Positions 41,073-54,260 of a stretch of 64,000 nt of DNA are shown here, in pieces (within the stretch, counting starts at the first letter, position 1; every line of letters starts with the position of its first letter). The stretch comes from Octopus sinensis. Its lineage: Eukaryota. The stretch spans positions 63,736,001-63,800,000 of the forward strand of contig NC_042997.1 in the NCBI RefSeq assembly GCF_006345805.1, written 5' to 3'. The translations under genes and the position numbers were made by a program. The notes beneath the pieces are model-generated. The model was not told where the DNA came from. It saw nothing but the letters and a program-made list of their open reading frames with translations, and ran no database searches.

Positions 41073-44000
41073 TACACACACACAATCATCTCTTCCATGC
41101 GTCAGCTTTTTACGAATCTTAGAACAACAAACTAATTTTGCGAAAGCTCTTTATTCAAAGAAAAGAACAACGGAAGACAAAATTAGTCTGGCTGTTTCGT
41201 GGCGCAGTGGAGTAGGCGTTAACAACCTACTTGCACACACCACAACAACCAGTACGAACACCACATCTATCGCTGGTCCCACAAGTACACCAAATCTTAC
41301 CCACGCAATAAAAATGTACTTAACTCTTAAATGTTTTATTAGCAACCGAAGGAATCTTTGTAAAGAATATTAATTTTTACATCCAACTTAACTAAGATGC
41401 AATATGAAAACCCCATAAATTACAGCAATTGTTCTGAAAAAATCATCTCGTTTAGACGTAAAAGGATAAGAAGTACAGATTATATTGGCAGACGAATATC
41501 TTCCAGAAATAACTAATGTATACATAGCCACTGCAACACCAGCTACTATTTAGTCAGAGTTAAATTATATCAGTTTGACGAAATCTGGTCTAGCATTCAG
41601 TTTTGTGTGTCTATTGCTGCTGATGCGAACCCACGTTGAAATCTCGTGATACAGTAATCCTATAAAATCCGGTGCAGACGAAATTCTTCTGCCGATATAA
41701 TCTATGCTTTTTAGTAATATTACTTTTTTGCGAGATAAATTCTCTGGTTCATTACTGTGGTTCATGGCATTTTCATTGCACACACTCGTTAAATTGGATG
41801 TACAAACTAAATCCTTAGTCGCAGCAATGATAATATGAAGCCACAAATCTAGATACCAGCAGACAACAAAAGCACAGGAAAAAATGACGAAAATAAGAGT
41901 TTAACATACAAAACTCAAATCCCATCAACTACCCATTGCAAATAGAAACAACAATACATTTCAAAATGCAAAGATAAAATGCAAACGTAAAGGGAGGGCA
42001 TAGAACAGTTACATCCAATAACCCCAAGCAACCGATTCTTAACAAACGACAAATTTCCACGGACTGCCGGAAATTTCAAATTCATAACAGACAAAAAATA
42101 TATGACAGAAAATAATGAAAGAGCGAAAGAGCTGTCGGAGGAAACACATTCAAGTGCCTAGAAGAACAAGTTATCCATTATTTCTAAAATTTTAAGTGGA
42201 TTCTTGGAGTTTTTCACTTTCTTCTCTCTGGAAACAACGCCGTATTTGAGAATGGGATGGTTAAAGGTACGTGGCCTGGATCGGCTTAAAGCGAAATTAT
42301 TGTTTCAGCTATAACAAGTGACTAATAGAGAAGAACAATGAGACAAGAATTCTAACGATTGCAAGGAGTTCGTAACGGAAAAGCTTATTCTTCTCACTCT
42401 GATCCGAAAGCTGATGGTACAGGACGTGAATGAAAGGGAAAGCTGTACCTTCAGTCTATTCGTCGACCAGGGAAAAATTTCCTCAAGCATCTAGAAGTGT
42501 TCTTGAAAATATTGTGTTACTGGATGTAGTAGAAGGCAAACATTTTAAACCGAGCACTGACGTTGTATGAATTTAACCGATAGTAGACGGTTTATAGGAG
42601 ATTCACAATCTTTCCCAGATCCTTCCAACTGTCTGACATCTATTCATATACAGCAACAGTACCGGATCAGTCAGATCGTACGTACATATGTGTATGTGTG
42701 TGTGCGTGCGTGTATGTATGTGTGTGCGTGGATGTATTGGGCAGAATACGCTTGCCGAAGGTGCCTCACAGTGAGATTGGACGTTTGAGCAAGAACACAG
42801 GGGCTCACATATTGAGGAAGAGTATAACTGACACTTATTAGATACGTGTTTTATTTACCTAAAATTATGAAAATGAAAGTCAACCTTCATAAAATTAGAG
42901 TTCCGAATAGAAAAGTAGGGGTATACTGTAAGGCTCCCATACCTCTATCGATTCGGTCATCAACCATTTTTGAGATTTAGAAAATATTAAACTCAGGTTC
43001 CATTTTATTGATTATCAACCCACCTTCAAAACCTTCGCAAAATCCCACACATGCATTTTATATATTATTCGTGATTGTACTATTTGAGTTTGTATTTGTT
43101 ATTTTTGCTATTTTTAGTACAAAGAACAACTAGATCTGTAATCTCTCATTCATTGCACTTCGTGATCCAGACTCATCGTCTTGCTTATATCAGTTTTACC
43201 TTTCGTGCATCGTCAATGCTCTTGAGAAAGGTTTGAAAGTGAAAAAAATTTCTCATCTACTAGACCGCTTTTGTATATGAAATCAGTATTCTACTAACAG
43301 GAATAATGTATGACAAAAATAATTATCAATATCAATGGAAGTCATTAACACTGAGAGATGGAAAGAGTGTACATAATCTGATGAAATAGCTGGCTTATGG
43401 TGAAGTGGGATATACAGTTAAATGAGAGAGACAAGGAAAGAAAGAAAATGATAGGAGGCGAAAAAGTGATTAATTTGGAGAAGAAGAACATGAAGATTGC
43501 CGGGAAGGAAAAGAAAACAAGGAGTAAATTAATTTAAATTATGAAAGAAACAGTCTGAGAATCCATCAGTAGCAGATGTAAGAGATATGGAAGAGCCATG
43601 AAAAGAATAAATAACGAAACAGGAATAAATTGGATAAAGTTAGCAGTATATGGGGAATTGGAAAACAAATGATGTATTTCTTCTGTTAGGACAGAAAATG
43701 ATAACTGACATAGAAGGTGATCTAGAGGAATTTGAGAGGAATCGCTAATTTGTCAAAACAAAAAATGAAAAGGAAAAAAATTAGGAAAGAAAAAATCTTT
43801 AAATTTTAAATTTGAGTTTGTCCTTTTGAAATTATTTAAGATAATCGATATAAAACTGTATGAAAATTCTTTAAATTTAGTTTAGAGTAGACAGCCAAAC
43901 ATTTCATGTGTTTTCTCAATGAATGTAACCTAAAGTAGCTTGACAGACATTGTTTGTCCTTCAAATAATCAACCATTCCAATGTCGTCTACGCTTTGGAG

Positions 44001-45050
44001 GAGATCGTTTAAAAATTCCCCACACTTCTTTCTTGTATCGTGATATATTTCATTGGTACTCTAAGAAGTGATGATGTTATTTTTTCACCACTTTTGCCTT
44101 TGAAAAAAAGTTATTGTCCTACATAATTTTATGCATTTTTTATACCGAAATTCTTATTCACTATTAAAAAAAACATCTGTTTAAATCTTCATTCGATTCT
44201 GAGAATTTGATACATATAAAATACTTCATATTCCAGGATTTTTAATATTGTTACATATTTGTCATTATAAAATGACAGTGCGTTTGTTATAAAGCCTTGT
44301 GAATTAATGCAGTTAGATGGAGGAGACACCTACTCACCTAAAACCGAATCTGCATCTCCTGCTTTGCAGAAATCTGATGTAGCATTTTCCAGTTAGTGAT
44401 TCTTATGAACGATAGGAAATATTTCCATTTTCCAAATATTGTTTTGGGATAGAAAGAGCAGCTTAGATTTATATTATACTGTCACAAATTTTGCAATGTA
44501 GGTGAAAGTTTTGAATTGATGGATTTGCATAGTTACTTTCCAATAAATTCTGCTCCACAGAGTTTAGTCTTTACCTTCATACTGACATATTCACCTTTTG
44601 AAACACGAGTCGCAAAATAACGGTGTTTATTAGTATATTAGCATAAATATATTAGCATAAGATTTAGAGATTATTGTTGATAGAAATTTAAGTGTAGTCT
44701 ATTTTGCAAATGTAATTTTTCATTTAGGTACGTAAAAACACTGCACTTAAATTGTCAATGTAACGGGAAATAATAGCCGATAAACGTAAATTTCACTCAC
44801 CAAGATACCACTTGGTAACGTAAGAGTATATCCAGCATGATCCTCGCAAAAGAAATAAACAAACACAAATTAAATTATTCACTTCAAATAATATTCGGCT
44901 ACCTATGTCTGAAGAGCTAGTTTCGTATTAAAAGCCCACGAAACTTTAAGTTGTATGGAGCCAAATCGAAATGTTAGTGAATAATATATACATGTGTGTG
45001 TGTATGTGTGCGCGTGTGCGTGCGAGTATGTGTGTGAGTGTATGTATATA

Positions 45051-45260
45051 TACGAAGGGTTACTGAAAGGTTTCTGGCTTTAAGGGTATTATAAAAGGCC
45101 TGGTTGGCAGCCCAACCTCCCGAGTTTTTTTACAGGGCTTTGTAAAAATGAAGGACCACTGCAATATGTGTGTGAATCTAAGGGGGAAATATGTTGAATA
45201 AAATCATAATTAACTGAATCTGCTGTACTTTCTTTTACCCAAAGCCAGGAACTTTCAATA
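45051..45260 (+). mobile_element. Mariner-derived MITE
   Basis: Imperfect TIRs TGAAAGGTTTCTGGCTTT / AAAGCCAGGAACTTTCA; the interior resembles a mariner C-terminus (CVNLRG.YVE*); TA at the left end. Confidence 0.6.
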
Positions 45261-45615
45261 CAAATATCTTCTCATGCATATGAAAGAGAGAATTTTATAA
45301 TGTGGTTTCTGTATATGTCACCTTAGTGTCGTGCACTAATACAGTGCGATATACAGTACCCAAGATCGGGGTAGACACCAACTATCTCCATTTGATGCAT
45401 TCCCAAATACTCTGCCAACAACTGTAACTAATCCAAAACAACTCTAAACGAACTAGAACAACTTCTCAACAATTTGCTGCGATTCCACGAACTCACGAAC
45501 GACAACTTTCGTCTTTCTGTGATTTCTCATTTCTCGCTCCCAGTCAAACACGCTACTATTTATACAAATTCAACTAGTCCATTCTCACACTGGGTGTCAT
45601 GATTCCCGTCATAAA

Positions 45616-45654
<39 letters not shown>

Positions 45655-45655
<1 letters not shown>

Positions 45656-46503
45656 GAAAAAGATCCAAGCTCTAGACGTCTTGCAACTGATACACTAAGG
45701 AAAACATTGCTCGTTTTCCTCACATGGTGATTGAACATGGTATGACGAAGGTTTCTGCTAGGTGGGTGCCACGCCTTCTGATACTTCATCAAAAACGCCC
45801 CGAGTTGATCACATCACCGGAAAAATCTATTATAGTTTGAGCCAGAGCCTGCTAGTTTCTTTGAATACTTCCTAAATCAGAATGAGTTTTGGATTTATCA
45901 CTTTGAGCCAGAGACAAAGAGACACTCTATGCAGTGGAATCACACCTCTTCACTTGTTCCAAAATACGCTAAGGTTGTTTTATTACGCAGAGTTCAGGTT
46001 TTGGGGATGCAAAAGGCATCGACTATTTTGAAATGGGCCACAACATCAATGGAGACTATTATGCTAACTTGCTGAGGTAGTTATGAAAGGTTATTAAGAA
46101 CAAACGCCCTGGTTATCTGATGAAAGATGTTTTGCTCATTGATACTCTAGCACACTAGTTCGTGGTTTTAATGGCTGTTGTGCGTGGCTGTGGACCACCC
46201 ACATAACTGGACCAGCCACATAATTTTTTTTAATTTACCTCCATTTTATTATTATGTGTTCCCCAACAAGCAAAAGCACTTTTGAGAACCAGTATTGCAG
46301 TGATGATGACGTCATATCTGCTGCTGAGGACCTTTATTACCAAATGGATGGAGGTTTCTTCCCTAGTGAGATCCAAACCTTGCAACACCAATCGAAGAAG
46401 TGTGTGAACCGCAAGGTGGAGTATATTGAAAAATTAACATCATTTGGTCATATTACATGAGGGAATTTTGGTCAGCCTATAGATATTTCAGTCGACCTCC
46501 ATA
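45655..46503 (+). pseudogene. Mariner transposase relic
   Basis: WVPRLL (~45763), NEFWIYHFEPETKRHSMQW, DYFEMGHNINGDYYANLL, C-terminal KKCVNRKVEYIEK; multiple stops and frameshifts. Confidence 0.85.
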
Positions 46504-47473
46504 TAGACGTTTCCTTTTAAACAAGTGATATCAAGTGGTCTTCAATAAAAGTAAGATCACATCCTGTTGTAGTTTTGAAGCACGCTTTTTCTCTCTTCCA
46601 TACCTAATTTAAAATGAATGATAATTTCGTGTTTTAATACACAAACCTCTTGTTATGTATGTAATCGCTCGAATCTAAATATTTGGCCTGTCAACTATAT
46701 ATCATTATCTCTAGCATTAGCTTATCGATTTAAGGTATTGCTTGCAGATAACTGAAACAAACAGTTACGCAGGTTTTTCTGGATATCATTGAAAAAATAT
46801 TGTGACCCCCACTCCCTCTGCATACACAAAATCAGCAATATCTCTTATTTTATCGGTAGCAAAATATAACTTGAGTATAAGGGATAATAATATTAATACT
46901 TGTAAGATGTATTTGCCCAATAGAGATTACGTGTTTGCGTACATTGCTATAAATAAGCGATACTCTTAATCTTTTTTCAAACGAATCACTTGGCAAAGTA
47001 TCAAAACTCACCGTTTTTAGCCTGCCACATCTCGATGCGTTTACAGATATTTTTGGTTACTCTGACACTTGGTGCCCTTCTTTAGTCGTTTAAGGAAACC
47101 GATGCATAAAGCAAAGCCTTTCTCTTTTTCCCAAAAACTTAAAATAAGAAACGGCCACGTTTCATTAATTGAAATGAAGGCAATTTAAAATGACAGCAAA
47201 TACTGAAGTTTTATAATTCCAGTGCAAATAGTTGATATTTTGGCTATTCAAGCATTTCCAGAGAACATGAACTTCCAAATATCGTAAATCGATAATAAGC
47301 TACAGAAGATAAAGGTAAGTTAACGGCAACTAGTCACAACTACAATCAGGCAAACATTGAAGAACAAAAAATAAGCTCAAATCCAAATAAATAATATAGC
47401 GATATCAGATACGACCATTTGTAGCGATACCATAGCATTATTTACACTATTTTTCCATCCCCCTATCTCACTG

Positions 47474-47544
<71 letters not shown>

Positions 47545-47970
47545 GCCTGTCTGTTTACCTACATCGATATCTACATTTAGTGTATGCGTGTGTGTATGCG
47601 CGTCTGACCCTATAGGTCGATTGAACTCTTCATTTATCTAGACTTTTGATTTTGCTTCTGCCTTGTCTTCTACACACACGCAACTCTAATATATATGTGC
47701 GTGTGTGCGTGTGTGTGTGTGTGCGTGAGTGAGAGGGAGAGTGTGTATAAGGAAAATAAGACAAGGTAGAAAATGGTAAAATAATTTTATCATCAAGAAC
47801 ATTTTAGCATCGGTTCAGTCACTGCGACTTTTTAAACTTACTGTAAAGTATGAAAAACAATTAAATTGTGGAAAAATTAAATGGAATGTTTTTTAAATAT
47901 GTATCCATAGTTTTCAAGCGCAAGGGGCATATTCCATTTTGCTGTCTCTTGATATCTATATTAATATCTA

Positions 47971-48061
<91 letters not shown>

Positions 48062-48233
48062 ATATCTATATATATATATATATAGATAAGAAAGTTGGTT
48101 TGTGAAAGCACGTGGGTGAATATATAGAAAATAGTAAGGAGTGAAAAAACGAGTGAATATATATATATATATATATATACGATTAAAACACCTCCCGTCC
48201 AATGGACGGTGTTAAGTTGTCAATCATTTAAAC

Positions 48234-48293
48234 CAAAGTTTCTCAAAACAACTTGTCCGACTGTCCCATAGACCTCCCCTTTGAGAAACACTG
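48234..48293. mobile_element. Minimal hAT-like MITE remnant
   Basis: TIRs CAAAGTTTCTCAAA / TTTGAGAAACACTG; imperfect 8-bp flanks ATTTAAAC / ATTTAACT. Confidence 0.45.
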
Positions 48294-48989
48294 ATTTAAC
48301 TTAATATTGCACGATCAAGAAGCAACTAAATAGTCTTTTGTTTATAAAATTGAAATATTTTGACTACATTCACCTTGAAATAAAGCTCAAACGGTCTAGA
48401 TTGAATACAATAGTATTTTCCTTTCACTAAAAATAAACTTTTGGGGGTTTAAAGCTCTAAGGAAACAAAAATCATTTATTAGCAAGAAAATAGTATTTTC
48501 TTCGTTGAATAAAAAGCAATCAGTGTTTTCGGTTCATTAAAATATAATTAAGTATGCCTTTATTTCAATTAAAATTTTTGATTTTGTTAAACGAAGTTAA
48601 GGCAAAAAAAAACTTTTTGAGAGACCAAATAACCTCTCCTTCATTCATGACAAGTTTGAAGAAAATATCTCTTTTGCATCTTACTTTTTTGTTCTCTTAA
48701 ATATACTGCATTTTGTGGCATTATTTCAAGCCAGCCGGCTTTTTTGCGCAAACTTCACGCGCACATTTCTCGCGTATGCGTAGTATCGATCGCAACAGCT
48801 GATGTACTTGCGCGTACAAATGCACGTTTCTACGGCTTAATCAGTCGCATTCTCATCTGGAATCGCTTTTTGTAACTTCTACACGCCCTGATACCGTCGG
48901 TATCTACATATCAAATTTGAGCGCAATCGGATGGAGGATGCCCGAGATCCTAGAAGACACTCACAAACAGACAGAATGGATTTTATATA

Positions 48990-49041
<52 letters not shown>

Positions 49042-50325
49042 GTCTGGCCAGCCACCAGTTCCGATCAATTTCTAGCCAATATATTATTAGAATGTTATAA
49101 CATGCTATATGGATTATTAAGCCCCCCTGTGTCATCAATTATATTCGTGGCAAAATTCCAAATGATTTGAAGACCTATTATAGCAGTAGATGCGTCGAAA
49201 TCCGCAGCCGATCCATTACAATTTTATTATTATTCGCAATGCACCGGTATCGGCTGTTTGTAACCGAACTACTTTCTTGTATGGAACGTTGCTACTAAAC
49301 TGCCAATATTTTATTTATCTCAATGAAAGCATAAAATTATGTTTGATGGACCTCAATATCTCTCTAAATGTTTGATACAAAAAATTCTGCCTCAATTTGT
49401 AATAGAAAGATACTTATTTCATCATATTACAAAATTAAAAACTGTTGGTTATATATTTTCCTTGATAACACTACCAAAAGACGTAATATCCATGGCTTAA
49501 TTACCCTTGATCTGAGATAAGCCTAATTAGTACTGATTTCCGACTAAACAGCAAAAGATTTGGGAGCCAATGTAAATGTTTCAAAGTGACAGCTTCGAAT
49601 CTAATCTTCAAACAAAAACAAACTACATCAAACGCATACAACACATTGAATAATATAGACCTAGATACACAACAATAGGTGACCATATCTGGAATGCTTT
49701 TTGTATGTAGGTACAACAGGTTTAGCATAGACTAATGAACAACAACCACAAAGTCACAATACATTTGCTGTTGTTGTTTAGTCCTTTATCAACCTTAATT
49801 GATCTAACCTATAATCAAAAGTATCCCAGCTGTAAACATCTCTATTTTAAGACTAGTATATATGGTACTACATTTTAAAGTTTGCATCACATACCTAAAA
49901 ATTGTATGGTGCGTTTTGAATGAAATACGGTTGCTATTTCTCGCAGAAGAACTACGGCATAAGAACTTCACCTACAGTGATCTTATAAAGTAGTTGCAAA
50001 TCTAAAAGTTCATGACACTGAGCAATCAACAATTTATAAATGAATACATCAAGGTTCAATAATACGCTTGATTCTCTTGACACTAGGATATATCACTACT
50101 ACGGGTACCTCAAGATACTGTGTGTACCAGATCATCGGAGAAAAAAAATGAACTTGGAGCCATTATCTTAATGGTGAATGTGTAAAACGTGAGTGGATAT
50201 TCACATTTGAGGCTTTATAGTAGAAACAAATTGTTTCAGCAAGGACATCACTTCCTGAAGGAATGAATGGCATTCATAAAATTTAAATATTGCAAAACGA
50301 TGTGGAGTAAAGGTAACTAACATAC

Positions 50326-50383
<58 letters not shown>

Positions 50384-50409
50384 ATATATATACATATTTA
50401 TATATATAT

Positions 50410-50454
<45 letters not shown>

Positions 50455-50841
50455 TTATATATACATATTTATATATATACAGATGCCTGCAAATTAAAAC
50501 CAGACTTGCCGTCTACTAATTCTTCTGTATAACTAGAACCCTCTTTTTCTTTTTCTTTTCTCCCTTCTTTCCCTCTTTCTTTTCTTTCTCTTTTCTCTTT
50601 TTTCTTTTTCTTCTTCTTATTCTCTTTTTTCTTTTTTTCTTTTTCCTTTTCTCTTTTCTTTTAGTCCCCCCCCCCTTTTTGCTCCCTCCTCCTTTATTTT
50701 CTCTCTTTTCCTCTCTTTCCTTCCCTTTCTGTTCTTTGCCTCTCTAGAAAGCCCTTCAGCCTTTAAAAGTCAAATAGCTACAGTCTCTTGAAAATAGCAG
50801 TAATGTGATTAATGTGGCAAATACCTAATCATATAGCAAGA

Positions 50842-51130
50842 ATTGATACCTACCTCATTGTGTTCAACCATTGATAAATTTATCGTCTGTGAATATGAAA
50901 TTCCTCTTCATTTCTCTGGAAATTTACATCTACACCATTGGAAATTGTGCACCTATACAAAGGATTAATTCACCCTCTCTGTAATGCTAATAAGCAGGAA
51001 TTGATACCCACCTCGTTGTGATTAGCCATGGATAAAGTTGTCGTCTGTGAGTATGTAATCCCTCCTCATATCTCTGGAAATTCATATGTACACTATGGAT
51101 TAAGTCACCTTCTCTGTGATGCTATTAAAA
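50842..51130 (+). repeat. Diverged ~158-bp tandem duplication
   Basis: ATTGATACC(T/C)ACCTC...TCGTCTGTGA...TCTCTGGAAATT occurs at ~50842 and ~51000. Confidence 0.75.
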
Positions 51131-51511
51131 CTTTTTTTAAAATCTGTGATAAGACTGTGCATCATCTTTAAAGAACTTTAATGAATTTTGGAAATCTGTT
51201 TATGTTACTTAATTATCTACATTACTTCATGAGTATAGCCTCAACCACTAAGATGTCTAGAGAACTCACATGTATTTTAGCTGATGAGTACGGGACACGT
51301 TTATATGCTGCAATTTTTGCAACTTTTAATAAAGCCTGTCTTTGTATGAAACGATTGTACTAAAAACTTATCCATTCTTGTTGCTTCTTTTTCGCTTATA
51401 ATCACCCCACATTACTGTATGGTTAAAACCGTATAGTTTTTTTGGTGCATCTAAGTTAGGTACCATATTCAAGTAAATTCATTAAAATTGACTTGAATCT
51501 TTATTGCTTTT

Positions 51512-51556
<45 letters not shown>

Positions 51557-51563
51557 ATATACC

Positions 51564-52437
51564 TATAAATGAGGGCAAACGAAACAAAATTTCTAATGCC
51601 AAATAATCCGAAATTAGACACATTGTCCATTACCATTATAATTTTTCATAATACGCACGCTATTCCCCAAAAGGTCGACAGAAATATCAAAACAATTCCA
51701 TTATTACCATATCGGACCGTCAGTGATAAACGTGGTAAAGAAATAAATGAGATACTTACTCATACCCATGGAAGAAGCAAAAACTAAGTCATGAGTACAA
51801 TTAAGTACCCCCAATACATCCAAAATAGAAATTCTCCAGCCCATTAGAGGCACGTGCGATTTGAACTGAACCTCTCTCAGAGTGAGAGAGTCCGGAAGTG
51901 AACACTATTAAATTTATATTTAATGTAGGATAAAAAAAAAATTTATCAATGACCAGCATTTTAAAAAATGCCTTTAAAGGTTAAATTTATAAACAACTTA
52001 TAAATGAGGGCAAACGAAAGAAATTTTCTAATGCCAAATATGCCGAAATTAGACACATTGTCCATTATCATTAATTTTTTTTTTTTTCGAAAAAAATTTT
52101 ATCCTACATTAAATATAAATTTAATAGTGTTCACTTTTATCACTGACGAAGGGAGAGTTCCTTGGAACTAACCCTGAAATCGGTCCGATATGGTAATAAT
52201 GGAATTTTTTATAAATTTCTGTCAACCTTTTTTGGAGTAGTGCGCGTTTGGGAAAAATTGTAATAATAATGGACAATGTGTCTAATTTCGGCATAATAGG
52301 CATTAGAAAATTTTTTTCGTTTGCCCTCATTTATAAGATGTTTATAAATTTAACCTTTAAAGGCATTTTTTAATATGCTGGCCATTGATAAATTTTTTTG
52401 TTTTCAAAAGAAAAAAAATTATCCAACATTAAATATA
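51564..52437. mobile_element. HHR-bearing short repeat (family C) as two opposed partial tandems, flanked by (TA)n
   Basis: + monomer 52091-52410 restarts at ~52411 (AAAATT(TT)ATCC(T/A)ACATTAAATATA). 51564-51730 and 51897-52075 are reverse-complement copies of the same unit. Confidence 0.8.
52138..52190 (+). ncRNA. Type I hammerhead ribozyme (family C)
   Basis: tatca CTGACGA (52143-52149) AGGG ag AGTTC cttg GAACT aa CCCT GAAA TCGG TC cgata. Extended stem II, minimal stem III, GUC site after 52185, stem I TATC/GATA with an A.C mismatch next to the core. Confidence 0.75.
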
Positions 52438-52477
52438 TATATATAGTAATATATATATATATATTAATTGATCGACC

Positions 52478-52702
52478 GGTACTCCGTCGGTTACGACGAG
52501 CAGGGCTCCGGCTGATCCGATCAACGGAACAGACTGCTCATGAAATTAATGTGCAAGTCGCTGAGCACTCTACAGATACGAGTGCATAGTAGTTCTCAGG
52601 GCGATTCAGCGTGGCACAGAGTATGACAAGGCTGGCCCTTTGAAATGCCGGTACTACATAGTTTGCGAGCCCAGTGGATTGGAGCAACGTGAAATGAAAT
52701 AT

Positions 52703-52705
<3 letters not shown>
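52478..52705 (-). mobile_element. 5'-truncated SINE (tail shared with the 21237 and 28684 families)
   Basis: ACTCCGTCGGTTACGACGA...GACAAGGCTGGCCCTTTGAAAT...GGAGCAACGTGAAAT is the reverse complement of 21335-21556. Confidence 0.8.
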
Positions 52706-52763
<58 letters not shown>

Positions 52764-52882
52764 AATATATATATATATGTATATATATATGTATATATAT
52801 ACACATCCATCCATCCATCCATCGATACATACATTCATCGATACATACACACATACATGCATGCAATTATTGTACAAAAGGC

Positions 52883-53101
52883 CAGGCGTTTTCAACCAGG
52901 GTTCTGCGTAACCTTAGGGTTCCGCCAGTACAGTCCAGGGGTTCCGCAAGAAGTTACAAAACTGCTAAAATCGACAGTAATTTTAAATTCTCCTGTGCAG
53001 ATATATGTGCATAAGATTATTAAATTATTGCACAGGGGTTCCTCGAGCCAGTGGAATGTTTCTTTGGGGTTCCGCTCCAGCAAAAAGTTTGAAAAGCACT
53101 G
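52883..53101. mobile_element. hAT-like MITE
   Basis: TIRs CAGGCGTTTTCAACC / AGTTTGAAAAGCACTG with repeated GGGTTCC subterminal motifs; no clean TSD. Confidence 0.6.
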
Positions 53102-53994
53102 GTTTAGACAAAGTCATTGCATCCCGCCCTGCATTTCTGCTAGCAAGACATGAATGCATTTGTGTATTTTCATTTTTATTTTGACAACCAAGAATGTATC
53201 TAAATCATCAGTAAACTATTCAGGTGTTGCTTCTGTTTGTTTCAGCCTGATATTAACTGGTTTATCAATATCGCTTGTGCCATTTGTATAATTTAACCGC
53301 TAATTAGAATCCTTATCATTTCTACTTATCGTCTAACTGTTCCTTTTTGTTTTGTCTTGTTCTGTATATCTTGGCTGCATTTTCTTTTGCAATCTATATT
53401 GCCTTCAACAACTCTTTATTCTCTTTAATCCTTGTTTTGTACATGTTTGCTGACTTATGTAATTCCTTCGCTTTTATAATTCTTTCCTAATATTCTCTCG
53501 TTTCCGTAGTTGTTGTGACACCATTCGTCATTTTTACCTAATTTACATACAGTGACTCGATTGGGAAAAGTGTCATAAAGATATCATCATTTTTCATTAT
53601 GACAATTGTACCTCAGTGTTTATCCTCATTTATAGATTCCTTGATTCCGTTTCTGATATTTTATTGTTATGTCAAGCAATTGCAATTTGTTTAACTTTTT
53701 ATTTTTTCTCTATTTGAGTTTTTCATTTCATTTCTTTTTCTTCCAGTGTTTTATTTCCCATTTCGCTTCCAATTTTCACCCCAGTTACAATTCAACACTA
53801 AAAACGGGCATCACGAATATTTGCCAACAGTTGTTTGTAAATGCCCACACATCATTGCGCCTCGTCATTGATTTGTTTATTAGTAGCTTCTCGACAGTTT
53901 CTGTTCACAAGGCCGAGATTATGGAGGTATTGATTGACCAAGTTCTGCCGATTACGTACGAGTGCCTGTGCGTTGCTGTTGCTAAACTATTTCA

Positions 53995-54260
53995 AACAAA
54001 AGCCTCATCCTTCACAACAGAAGATATGTCTGACATTGACCTGTCTTTGGAGCTGGTATCAATTTCCCTGACGCGTCTGAACCAGTTTTGTGCCATACGT
54101 TCCTTGATAATTCCTGGGTATTTCGCATTGTTAATTTCTTTTGTCGCTGCCCCTGCACTGCAAAGTAAAATGGCTCTAATAATATTGTTTTTATTACTCA
54201 TTATCAAAGCTGTAAAATCATGAATAAACAACGTATATATGTTATATATGAAAAAGAATA
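53995..54260 (-). pseudogene. Mariner N-terminal HTH relic
   Basis: ORF 53992-54330 IRAILL..AATKEINNAKYPGIIKERMAQNWFRRVREIDTSSKDRSMS resembles the mariner/SETMAR-type HTH (ER..Q.WF.RF..GD.SL.D..RSG). Confidence 0.7.

Noticed and set aside
41140-42180. Non-repetitive ORFs 41151-41345 and 41565-41846 as possible host exons
   Set aside because: No recognisable domain or convincing splice context; more likely old LINE-derived sequence, unresolved without a search.
49055-49145. Minus-strand TTGATGA...GAAATTGATC
   Set aside because: U3 without the compensating A8, and stems I and II do not pair.
53669-54223. 184-aa plus-strand ORF
   Set aside because: Antisense to the mariner HTH relic and adjacent decayed repeat sequence; low-complexity F/L/S composition.
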